64,000 nucleotides of DNA, from positions 1,363,576 to 1,427,575 of the forward strand of contig JBJCIZ010000028.1 of NCBI GenBank assembly GCA_051294375.1, given 5' to 3'. Both the position numbers and the translations under genes were made by a program. The notes beneath the pieces are model-generated. The model searched no databases. It was not told the origin of the DNA and saw only the letters and a list, made by a program, of their open reading frames with translations. The stretch comes from Paraspadella gotoi. Lineage: Eukaryota > Animalia > Chaetognatha. This document shows, in pieces, positions 44,964 through 55,508 of the stretch (within the stretch, counting starts at the first letter, position 1; every line of letters starts with the position of its first letter).

Positions 44964-47900
44964 ATGATATTATACAAAGATTTTATTATGATTTGCTTAC
45001 AACGAATCGTTACGGGTCACCTCGCCTTTTTCCTCCTCCTCTTCCTCTTTACCTCCTTCTCTTCATCTTCTTCCTCTCTTCCTTCCTTCTCTCTCGACTC
45101 TGGACTTCATCATCTCGAACTCCTCCGTGTCGTCCCCTCCTCCTCCTCTTCCTCCTCCTCCTCCTCTCGATGGACCGAATCTCCAGAAACGAGCGAGCGA
45201 TTCGAGTGGCTCCCTCTTCGTCCTCATCGAGCGCCGGCCAAGGACGCCGCCTTGACTGCGCGCTGGGGATCCTTCGAGACTCGCGCCGACGTGGTGGATC
45301 CTCCTTCGGGGGCCAACGCTTCGTTCGGCGTCGGCGGCGTCCTCGTCACCGCCCATCCAGTCTCGCACGCCCTCGAAGAGGACGACCCCGTGCTGAGGGT
45401 TATCTTCCACGCCACGAGTCAACGGCGCCCATCTTGCTTCGATCTGCGGGATCCGGCGCCGACGTCTTGCCTGCTGGAAAAGCCCGTCTGCGTCTCGGCC
45501 GAGGCGGAGAGGGAGAGCGGGGCCGGATCGAGCGGCGTCGCCAGAGGCTCCTGCGTAATCGAGAACGACGCCGATAAGCCGATGGCCTGTCTGATGGAAG
45601 CGAAGGCACCTGTCGCCTGGTGGAAGGAATCAGGCGACGACCACGACTTTTTCGTTTCTCTTCGATTCGTCGCTTTTTACGTCGAAGATCCTAAAACCTG
45701 CAGCGCCTTCTCATTCGAGGATAACAACAACAACAATCTCGACCGCAACAGCCTCTCACCGAAACGTCGAGCCCGCGACAAGAAGGGTCGCTCCACGACC
45801 GACAAAAATGTCGTCTCCTCGACCGACAAACGACCTGGCTCCGTTTTCCCTCCGCTCACGACCGACAGCGTTCGTCTGCCCATCGTTTGGTCCGAAGCCG
45901 ACGTTGAAGCCGACGACAATTCTCGAGACGAAGACGTCTACGTTCGCGTTCCTACCGACGTAATCCGCCCGGGGACGACGGTCCACGCCGCGGTGACGCT
46001 AAGACGCCACGCCCACCTGGCGGAGTTTGGTATTCGCGTCAAAGTCAAACGCGGACTTGAAATTCTCGCCGCTGAAATCGTTAACGATGAATGGGATTTG
46101 ACGGAAATGAGTCGAAATCAAGGAGGGACTTACTTGGCGGCGAAGTTGAAGAGAAAAGACGGCGATCGTCGCCAAGACGGCGATCGTCGCCAAGACGGCG
46201 ATCGCCGCATCCTCGTCGTCTCCTTCTCCGCGACGAAGGAGACGCCTCTTCGTCGCCAAGACGACGCCGTCGACGAGGTCCGCGTCGCGTGGACGATCGA
46301 ATTCGACGCGAATCGACGCCGCAACGTCAGTCAAACGTCTCTGCGTCTCGCGCCGGACGCCGTTCGAGCATTGACGCCGGTCGTGAAGACACGGCGTCTT
46401 TTGAACACGGCCCTGGTTGACGGTAACGCCGTCATCGAGCCATTGCGCGTCTTTGCCGTCTTCTTCGGCGGAGGAGTTGAAGACGTGACCTCGAAGGCGA
46501 CTTGTTATTCTGAGAGAGAATCGGCGCTCAAGGCGTCGCGATCTTGCGATTCTCTTTACTTTGATGGAACCGAGACTCACGGATTTTCTAACGTCACAGT
46601 ATTGGCAAAGTATTCGCGGTATTTGGGCTACGCGACGATCTCGGTTTGGGTGCCGCGCCTACCGATGAGGATTCTCGTCTCCGACGTTGAGCTGAACCCG
46701 ATTCGAGGCTGGAAGGCGCCGAGGGAAAAAAGCGGCGTCGGCGGCGCCAAATCAAAACCCGCCTGCGCGCCGAAATATCAAGAGGCGACATTGCGAGTCT
46801 TGGCGAGATTCTTAACCAATGGCGCCGTCGCCGGAGGAGCGTCGATTAATGGGCGTGACGACGACGCCGTGGAATGGCTTCTCGAAGATGGCGCCTTTCT
46901 CGACGTGACATATCGCGTCAAATCGGACGTGACGTCTCTTGACCCGAACGTCGTCATCCTGACCAAACCACGCGCCGCCAACGGTCCCCTCGTGTTGACG
47001 GGCCGTTCCCCTGGTCGCACCAAGATCAGGGTTGTTTCTCCCTTCAGCGGTCGAGTCGTCGCTTCCACTTCCGTCTCCGTCTCTCCCGATCGAGTCGACC
47101 TCATCGGCAGCCGAGTCGCCGTCGTCGCCGGCCTTCACCTCTTCGCCCTCGAGCGCCGCGTGTCGTCCGGGCTGCGGCTACTCGACGCCAGCCTCACGCG
47201 GTTCCATCGCTTCGAGGCCCCTGGTGGCGAGGGCGGTCTCGACGTGTCGCTGCTCTTCTCCGACGGCGCGGCGTTTCCGCTGCAGCTGGTGCCGCCGCGG
47301 GATTATTCGTTGTACGTCAATTCTCTCGCCAAGGACGTCGTCGCCATTTTGGAGAGAGAGAGAATGGGAGGGGAGAAAGAGGAGGGGAAGACGACCACGC
47401 CCACGTTGATCGCAACGGGAAGGGGAGGAGGGGATTATCTCTACGTCTCTCTAGATTCGTCAGGTTGGGGAAGAGGGGGGAAGGGGACTGGAATGTGGGG
47501 ATTATGGGTTTTAAGTGGCATTGGGTATTAATGGGAATCGGGGATTTATGCGAATCGGTGAACTATCAGCGAAATTCATGTATTGAATTTTTAAAAAATA
47601 ATCGTAGCAAATTGGTACAACCAATATAACAATTATCCACACGTTCAGCTATAATGGGACAGGCTCTAATGGACTAAGGCCACCATCCTTAATAAAATAA
47701 CAGTAGAATCCTTCAAGCTTTTAAGAACGACTCTAGTTTAAGAACAGTCTTGACCAGCTTCATCTCATTCTCGTTCCCAGCGGAATGCTCGGCGAAGCGG
47801 CGTCAGGGCGTCGACGCCTTTTGGTTGCCACGCCCACTCACGGCGGATTACGTGGCGGTCGCCGTCGGCGGTGGAGTCGACGACTACAATCTGGGCCTTG

Positions 47901-50900
47901 GACCAGGTGGGTCAAGAGATGGAATACATTGTGGCGAATCCTAAATTCGCCTCCCGTATAGCGTGGTGAAACTAAGCTCGTCCCATTGGCTTGGACAGCT
48001 AAGTACTCGTTCACCAACCGTGTGATGGTGTCGGCATAACCGCGCCAGTGACTGGATGTATCACTGAGAGTCGGAAGAACCCAAAGCCAACAGTGAGATG
48101 CCCCATCCCAATGGGCATCACAGGCAACCCGGCTGTTGCCATAACATGTTAAATGTCCATCTACTTACCTTCCCTTACCTCTCATCCAACCCCACCTCCT
48201 CTCCGCAGAACCCTGGGGGGCGGGGGATGAGTTCGACGGTTTCCTTAACGACGGCGGCCACGACGGTTACCTCTGGGCTCCGGAATTGGGTAAGGAATTG
48301 AATATAAACAATTATAATATCTTATTATACTATCTTAACTAGTATACTATATCACCTTTTCTTTAATATTGATGAAATAACAATTCATTTATAAACCTTT
48401 ATTTTCGTTGTGCAGCGACAAGCGAGATTTAGTGAAAAGTTTGAAATTTTATTTTAACAACGAATTTTAAGATTAAAACCTAAAATATTATTAACTTAGG
48501 CGAGAAAGCGACGAAGAAGACGCAATCGTCTAAAAGCGAATTCGCCAAATCCAGATCTTCTTACGCTTATCAAGAATTCTCAAATCTCGGCGCAGTCAAG
48601 GTGGGTGTTTGTTGTATGTAGGTGTGTGCGCGCGTGTGCACGAAATATTCTCTTTCTCTTTTCAATGTGCTTCTTTTTCTATTCCCATCTCCTCCCATCA
48701 CCTTTCTTCTTCCATCTCCTCCCAACTCAGGAATCCCGCGAGGGTCAAAAGTTTTTCTCCGGCGGACGAATTTCTTCTTTCGGCGAATCAGATTTTCAAG
48801 TCGACAAAGGTTGGGAGTCGAAACGCGTCAAGGATCCTCAGGTCGGTCTGTCAGTCTGCATTCGATCCCCTTAGCTTTAATTTATTTCATTTCCCCTTCT
48901 GGTTTTTACATTACATACTCTAACATTTAACTAAACTTTTTTGTCTACTTTTTACTTCTCTCTTCTTCATCTATTTGTATACTTATATATTTTTTTCCTC
49001 TTTAAGTATATTTTCAATTCTCTAGTATTATGGCAACAGCCGGGTTGCCTGTGATGCCCATTGGGATGGGGCATCTCACTGTTGGCTTTGGGGGCTTCCG
49101 ACCCTCAGTGACGCGTCCTGTCACTGGCGCGGTTACCCTCGGACGGTCTCGCTTTGCCAACGCAGAGGGAAGTCGTTAGGACTGTGGATGGAACACTACG
49201 TCTGGGATGGTGTGTTCCCCCTCTGTGCCAATGGGATTGACTGAACGATGGTAGATGTGAGGCGGTGTGAATATACCACCACAGTAGATTCATTCCCCCC
49301 CCCCAAATCTTTTTCTTAACTCCTTTCCCCGCACCTCTATCTATCACCACTAACGATCACCAATTAGATTAGATTAGATTATCTTTTCCTTTCTCCATTC
49401 CCCATTTCTCCTTTCACTTCCTCAGGACTTTTTCCTGAGCGGCGTCTCGGCCAAACGCGTTGTCCGCCCTTCGAGAGACAGGAGCGGCTTCGGCAGCGGC
49501 GGTAGCCTCTCCGTCGCAGAGGTGGCGCTGTACGTGCTGCTGGGGATTTTCTGCGCGTCGGCCTGCGTCTTGGCGCTGCACTGCGCCGCCCATCGGATGA
49601 AGAGCAAGAGGTGATAAATAGTAGAGGAAAAAAGAGCAAATGTGGAGGGATATGAAAAGAGAAAGTTAGACACATAAATAGAAAGGAATCCAGAGAAAAG
49701 GAGAAAAGCAAATGAACAGAAGTAAAGTATTTAAGGAAAGCAAAACAAAGTAAAGGCTTTATCGCTTACAAACGCCATCTCCCTTTCACGGAATTCCTAA
49801 TCGTCCTTCCCTTCCCCCCTCCCTTCCTCCCCTCCCTTCCCCCCCTCCCTTCCTCCCTCCATCATCCCGAACAGCCTCGTCATCAAAATCGCTTCGCCCT
49901 CCAAACGGGAGACGGCCGCTTCCCCCGTCGTCAATTACAACAACAACGACGACAACGACGACTCGGATTCCGCGACCGAAGACGCCGACGACGACTTCGC
50001 TCGCGTCCCTCACGAGTTCGTCTGGTTGAGCAAAGAGCAACTGGAGGAGCAGCGCGGCGCCGCCGAACTTACGCAGCGCCTGATGCCTGAAGCGGAGTTC
50101 GTGGCGCAGACGCTGGAGAGAGATTTGCCACCTCATCATCCGGGTCCGCTGCCTGGATCGAGGGGGAACTCGAGGTTTGTGGCCGTGAGGGGAAGCGGGG
50201 GGGGGGAGGGTTAATGGAATTGTTTGGTTTCTGTTTATAAGTTAATCGTTTATTAAGTTTTATACGGACGATGGATATTATCTTTTGAATTTTCGAGAGA
50301 TCTTAATTTGTTAATAATTGAATGCGATTCTGGAAGTATTGATTAAATTGTAGTCTGTGGCAACGGGGGGACATGTGTGATGCCCTGGGTGTGAAGCATC
50401 TCCCGACAGCTGGCGCTCAGGGCTTTGGGCCTGCAGTGACCACCCCATGTCACTGGCGTGTTTATGCCGACACCATCACACTTTAACCAGCGTAACCGTG
50501 AGGGGATTGAACCCCGAACTCAAGGTTGGTGAACGAATACTTAGCTGTCCAAGCCAATGGCACTAGCTGAGTTTCACCAAGCTATATGGGAGGCGAATTT
50601 AGGATTCGCCACAAGTCGGGCAAAATAAACTTTAGGGTCCCGGTCCATTCATTCAATCACACACTCTCTCTCTCTCCCCCTTTCCCCCCCAAAAAAAAAC
50701 ATCATAGATCGAGCTACTCTGCCCGACCAGCGTCTCACTCTCATCACCGACCGACCAACGGTTGTCTCTCTCTCTCTTCGGCCTCTCACCATCGCGGGTC
50801 GTTGCCCGAATGTCATCAACGATCGCGAGCTTCGTCGGTCGCTTCCTCGGCTGCTGCGTCAATCGCGTCCGCTGCGGCGTCGGCTGCCGCTTCCGCCGCG

Positions 50901-52374
50901 TCGGTGTCGAGGATGTCGCGTCGATCGATGGAGGAGGCAGCGGCGGTGGCTGAGGAAGTTGGGGTGGAGGCAGAGAGGAACGAGTTTAGGTTCGGAAGGG
51001 GAAAGGGGGGGATGGTGGTTTTGATGTGGTGGAAGGGAGTTTAGGTTCGAGGGGGAAAGGGGGGATGGTGGTATTCGTGTGGTGGAAGGGAGTTTAGGTT
51101 TGGAGGGGGGATGGTGGTATTCATGTGGTGGAAGGGAGTTTAGGTTCGGAGGGGGAAAGGGGGGGATGGTGGTTTCATGTGGTGGAAGGGAGTTTAGGTT
51201 CGGAGGGGAAAGGGGGGATGGTGGTATTCATTTGGTGGAAGGGAGTTTAGGTTCGGAGGGGGAAAGGGGGGGATGGTGGTATCATGGTGGAAGGGAGTTT
51301 AGGTTCGGAGGGGGGATGTGGTATTCATGTGGTGGAAGGGAGTTTAGGTTCGGAGGGGAAAGGGGGGGATGGTGGTATTCATGTGGTGGAAGGGAGTTTA
51401 GGTTCGGAGGGGGAAAGGGGGATGGTGGTATTCATTTGGTGGAGGGAGTTTAGGTTCGGAGGGGAAAGGGGGGATGGTGGTATTCATGTGGTGGAAGAGA
51501 GTTTAGGTTCGGAGGGGGAAAGGGGGGATGGTGGTATTCATGTGGTGGAAGGGAGTTTAGGTTCGGAGGGGGATGGTGTATTATGTGGGTGAAGAGAGTT
51601 TTAGGTTCGGAGGGGGAAAGGTGAGGGATGGTGGTTTTCATGTGGTGGAAGGGAGTTGTCGTTGTTTGTTACAATATAGACGTGTTTCGAGGGGATAGTG
51701 TTGAGCTTTCATCAGCGAAAAGTGAAACTGTACATGTAATTTAGTTAAAACAAAAACGAAGGTTATGTTTAACTGATATTAACTGATATTAATAATATAA
51801 TATAATAATATAATATATAATATAATATAATATAATATAATATAATAATATTAACTGATATTAATAAAACTTTTCTAAACAGATCCGCCCGTCTCGACTC
51901 TCCCGACCGCCAGGGGTCTCTCCGCAGCCACGACTCGTTCCGCTCGACGCCCAGCGACGCCTCCTCTCTTCTTAGCGTCACCCTCAATCCGCTGGACGAC
52001 GCCGCCTTCGCCGGCGTCGTCGAAAGCGGCGTCGATTGCGGCGCCGTCAAGACGCCTTCGTCGATGTCGCCGAGTTCGGATCCGCCAGGTACGGGCGCCG
52101 CGGCGGGGATCAATAAAATTTATCGTTAAATTTAAAAAGAAATAAACATTAAAAAAATGTATCGATAAAAGGAAATTGAAAAAGGAAAAAAATGTAATGA
52201 ATACAAGAAAACTTAAATAAAAAAACCATTCCCGCAATTATTTGTTTGCTCTGTTTTCTTTCAGAAAAAATAAATAAATAAAAAAAAGTTAATAGATTTA
52301 TATGTCGGGAATGAATGAAAGAGGGCGGGTCTCTCTCTCTTCTCTCTATTATCCCTTCCCCCACCTCTGCCTCT

Positions 52375-52416
<42 letters not shown>

Positions 52417-52642
52417 TCTCTCTCCTCTCTCTCTCTCTCTCCCTCTCTCCCTCCCTCTCAAATCAGGATCCCTCCCGGGTTCGCCCTTCCTCCTTCCTCG
52501 CCGACACCTGTCCAAGCAAGACAGTGTCTCCTCATCTGCGACGCAGGTGCTGGGCAGCATCTGTTACGACTACAAGGATCGCGGGATTTCCTTTGATCAG
52601 ATGATCGAGTATTTCGATCATCTCGACGAGACCCCCGCCTGA
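44964..52642 (+). CDS. TMEM132: TMEM132 family type I membrane protein, about 10 exons (large first exon 44964 to about 47462; last exon 52467-52642)
   Basis: LLNTALVDG..PLRVFAV..EDVTSKATCYS..SCDSLYFDGTE..VWVPRLPMRILVSDVELNPIRGWK, TM segment LSVAEVALYVLLGIFC, HEFVWL and C-terminal FDQMIEYFDHLDE. Confidence 0.9.
47930..48143 (+). mobile_element. Chimeric solo-LTR-like twister element (5' subfamily B, 3' subfamily A) in a TMEM132 intron
   Basis: TGTGGC...GCCATA with TSD ACAT/ACAT. The 5' part matches the reverse complement of 50356-50613 and the 3' part matches the reverse complement of 49029-49283. Confidence 0.85.
49029..49283 (-). mobile_element. Solo-LTR-like twister element, subfamily A, full length, in a TMEM132 intron
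   Basis: Minus strand reads TGTGGTGG...TTGCCATA; flanks GTAT/GTAG (3 of 4 TSD bases match). Confidence 0.85.
49081..49161 (-). ncRNA. Twister ribozyme motif, type P5 permutation (predicted cleavage between 49135 and 49134)
   Basis: Minus strand: P5 GUUGGC-aaa-P2' GCGA-GA-T1' CCG-P1 uccgaggg-U^AA-P2 CCGC-GC-P3 CAGUGAC/GUCACUG-a-P4 GGG-U-T1 CGG-AAGC-CCC-caaa-P5' GCCAAC. Confidence 0.8.
50356..50613 (-). mobile_element. Solo-LTR-like twister element, subfamily B, in a TMEM132 intron
   Basis: Minus strand reads TGTGGCGA...TTGCCACA with TSD AGTC/AGTC, and contains a B-box-like GGTTCAATCCC hairpin. Confidence 0.85.
50409..50491 (-). ncRNA. Twister ribozyme motif, type P5 permutation (predicted cleavage between 50464 and 50463)
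   Basis: Minus strand: P5 GCUGG-uuaaa-P2' GUGU-GA-T1' UGG-P1 ugucggca-U^AA-P2 ACAC-GC-P3 CAGUGAC/GUCACUG-P4 CAGG-c-T1 CCA-AAGC-CCUG-agcg-P5' CCAGC. P2-P5 and T1 are fully Watson-Crick; the conserved L4 U is C here. Confidence 0.8.
50982..51657 (+). repeat. G-rich minisatellite, unit about 45-56 bp, about 13 copies, starting at a TMEM132 exon/intron boundary
   Basis: Repeated GAGTTTAGGTTCGGAGGGGGAAAGGGGGGATGGTGGTATTCATGTGGTGGAAGG. Confidence 0.95.
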
Positions 52643-55508
52643 GATCTTGACCTCAAGATCTTAAGCCTCAGATCCTTGGCCTCAGAACTTGGCCTGAATT
52701 TTGGTGGCTTGATCTTTTTGCCTCGATCGTGATGGCCTGAGATCATCTTGGCCTAAAATCTTCTTGGTCTATGCTTTTCGAGGCCTAGGATCCTAGCCAA
52801 AGATCGTTTGCTAATAATCTTTGAATTTCATTGTGACGGTCGAGTTGTTACGGATAGGATTGGGTAAGCACATCGTACGCAAAAAAAATACTTCCACTTA
52901 TCAAGCATTCACACTCTTTTTACTTTTTTAATTCATAGACGTTTATACATTGGCAATCGATGAATCCGCACTTATACGTACATTATGAATCTGTGTATTT
53001 ATAAAACAATGCAGTCACACAAAAGCCTTTTCCTAATTTTCGTCATCCAGTCCGTACGTCCGCACGTACATTGGTCGAGTCGAATGAAATTCCAAACTTT
53101 TAACGTATTCGATATTTAATCGGGCAAAAAACCTCATCGCAAAATACGCAACAACTTTACGTATATTCGTATTATTATGTTCACCTCCTTTCGGTCAGTC
53201 AGTCATTGTCCGGTCACATAAGCCGGACAATAATTTAATCACCGCAGCTTTAATGTATAAAAAGCAAGCCTATGCAGCAAACAAAAACGAGCAATTCACT
53301 TAAATGTTGAGATATATAAAAAGTTGAGATTATGTGGGAAGTTGAATTGGCGCTAAACCAAATCTGGCCTTTTGGATCCGTGATGGAGGGGGGGGGGAGT
53401 TGAAAGAAATCTCTTTCCCCCGATGAGTTTTACTTTTCTCTGGGATTTGAATGCAATTAGTAGATTGTAGTAACATTTACATATACAATTATACATAAGT
53501 AACATTCTGCAAAAAGCGATGCCTTAATCACCACGGACTCACCCTACCAATATATTTTACTGGGTTTTTGTATTTCAGTCCGCTGCTAAAAGAGTCAAAA
53601 TATTTTCTTTTGTTATTTTTGAACAATTAATCTTTTTTTTTGTCACGTTGCATGTGAATTTTAACCGTTATTTGCATACTACTAGTTTATTGTTTTCAAT
53701 GTGTTTCGAATTAATATCTGTATATTATAACTAGTTTGAGGAATTGTTTTCCATGGTTAACTCATCTTAGAATGATTGACAAGAGGGTAGATTATTTAGT
53801 TAATTTACAGTTATATAGCTATTATTTCAATAAAAGTACCAGAATGGCTTCAAATCTTGCAAGTACAGATTTATCCAATTTTACTTAAATAATTTGGAAA
53901 GATGTTGCTATCCTCTGAAATCTTTTTTCACTTTGTAATCATCTTTTCACGGAAGAAAATTTTAATTTATCACTCTTTCTTCGAATTAAATCTTCAAGCC
54001 AATTTGCATAATACCGTATTTTTAATTTACCGTTTTAAAACGAATATCTTCTTTATAAAAAGAAATCGGGCTCTAAATTCTGACTTCTAAAAATGGAGAG
54101 TTGGATTTGTTTTAGTATCACAGTGTGGAGAAAGATTTGATAGGAAAGTCAAGGGAGAATTTGGTTACAATTATCGTGCAAAGGGGAATGAAGGTTAAAG
54201 GAGGCGACACTGACTTTTTCTTCATGAAATCTTCTTCCTCATTCGTCTAATTTTATTTCAGTGTCGTATTTTGAAAGCCCAAGAAGCTTGTTAACGCATT
54301 CGAGTCTCCCCACATTTTTCCAAACTCAACAGTCAACAAGTTTTATCTCTCTTTTGTCAATGACGAACAAATGTTTTTGTCTTTTTTTTTCATTTTCTTA
54401 ATCGACAGACGAGAGGCGTCGCTGGCGTCGGCGACCAAGAAAATACCCTTTTCCTCGCGAGAGAGAGAGAGAGAGAGAGAGAGAGATTCATTCTTGACTC
54501 ATTGTCCGCTGATTGTCGTGTGTCCCGATGGCTGACGACGATGATGATGATGATGATGATGACGATGATGACGAAAAGGAAGAGCCTCTTTTCTTCTTTT
54601 CCATCGTCTCTTTCCATTCCACTTCAATTCCAGTTCTTCTTTTCCGATGGAATTAAATTCCTCGATAAAAAAATAACAAGCGCGACGTTTCTGGACGTCG
54701 AGAGATCGATTCCTTTTATCACTAAATAAAGATCTTTTATGCCAAATTAACTTTAAATGAGTTTTACTTCTAAGAAATATAACAAAACCAATCGCCTAGA
54801 CAAAACTGAAGGTGTAGGTAACCATAGTATAATCGGGAACTAACAGGTTGTTTTCATACATAGTAAACGTACAAATCTTCATATAATATTTTTAGATAAA
54901 TGTATCTTAAATTGGCTCTTACCGAGAGACAATGTTAAAACTGTTTTATTAATTTACAGTCTCAATTGATCAGTATAAAAATTAGAGTTGTTTTATACGT
55001 GCTGCCACGCTTACAAAAATTCTTAATAAGTTTATAAAGACTACAATAACAAACTCAATTACAAAATCCAAACTAAGAAAACAAACGAAAAAACCTTTTA
55101 TTAATCTGGAATCTAAAAGCCGGAGTCAGGAATTCACCTCGACCCCTCATAACAACCAAAGTCAAAATTCACTCTTTTCTGTAGGAAAATTTATGATGAG
55201 GTTCCTCATTTTTAATTTGCGTTTGCACTGTGTGCAGCCCGTCATTTTTCTGCTTGAATTGCTAATAAATGTCTTCTTTTTTAGAACCTTTTAGATTATA
55301 GGTAACAAATGTAAAGAATTTGAAAATACTAAATTCTCGGGAAAAAAAAAACAACTGTAATCACCACAAATCAAAGAAAAATAATCAACAGATCTGGAAA
55401 TCGGAAAAAAAATACGGAAACGAAAACTAAATTAAAATAACCAAAATTAAAAAAAAAAGCAAAAACCTGTGAGGACTCTCTCCTCGCCTCACCAGTCCCC
55501 CTTCCCCC

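Noticed and set aside
50982-51657. CRISPR array, telomeric TTAGG repeat or Gly-rich CDS
   Set aside because: There are no unique spacers, the context is a eukaryotic intron, TTAGG occurs once per unit of about 54 bp, and the ORFs are repeat by-products.
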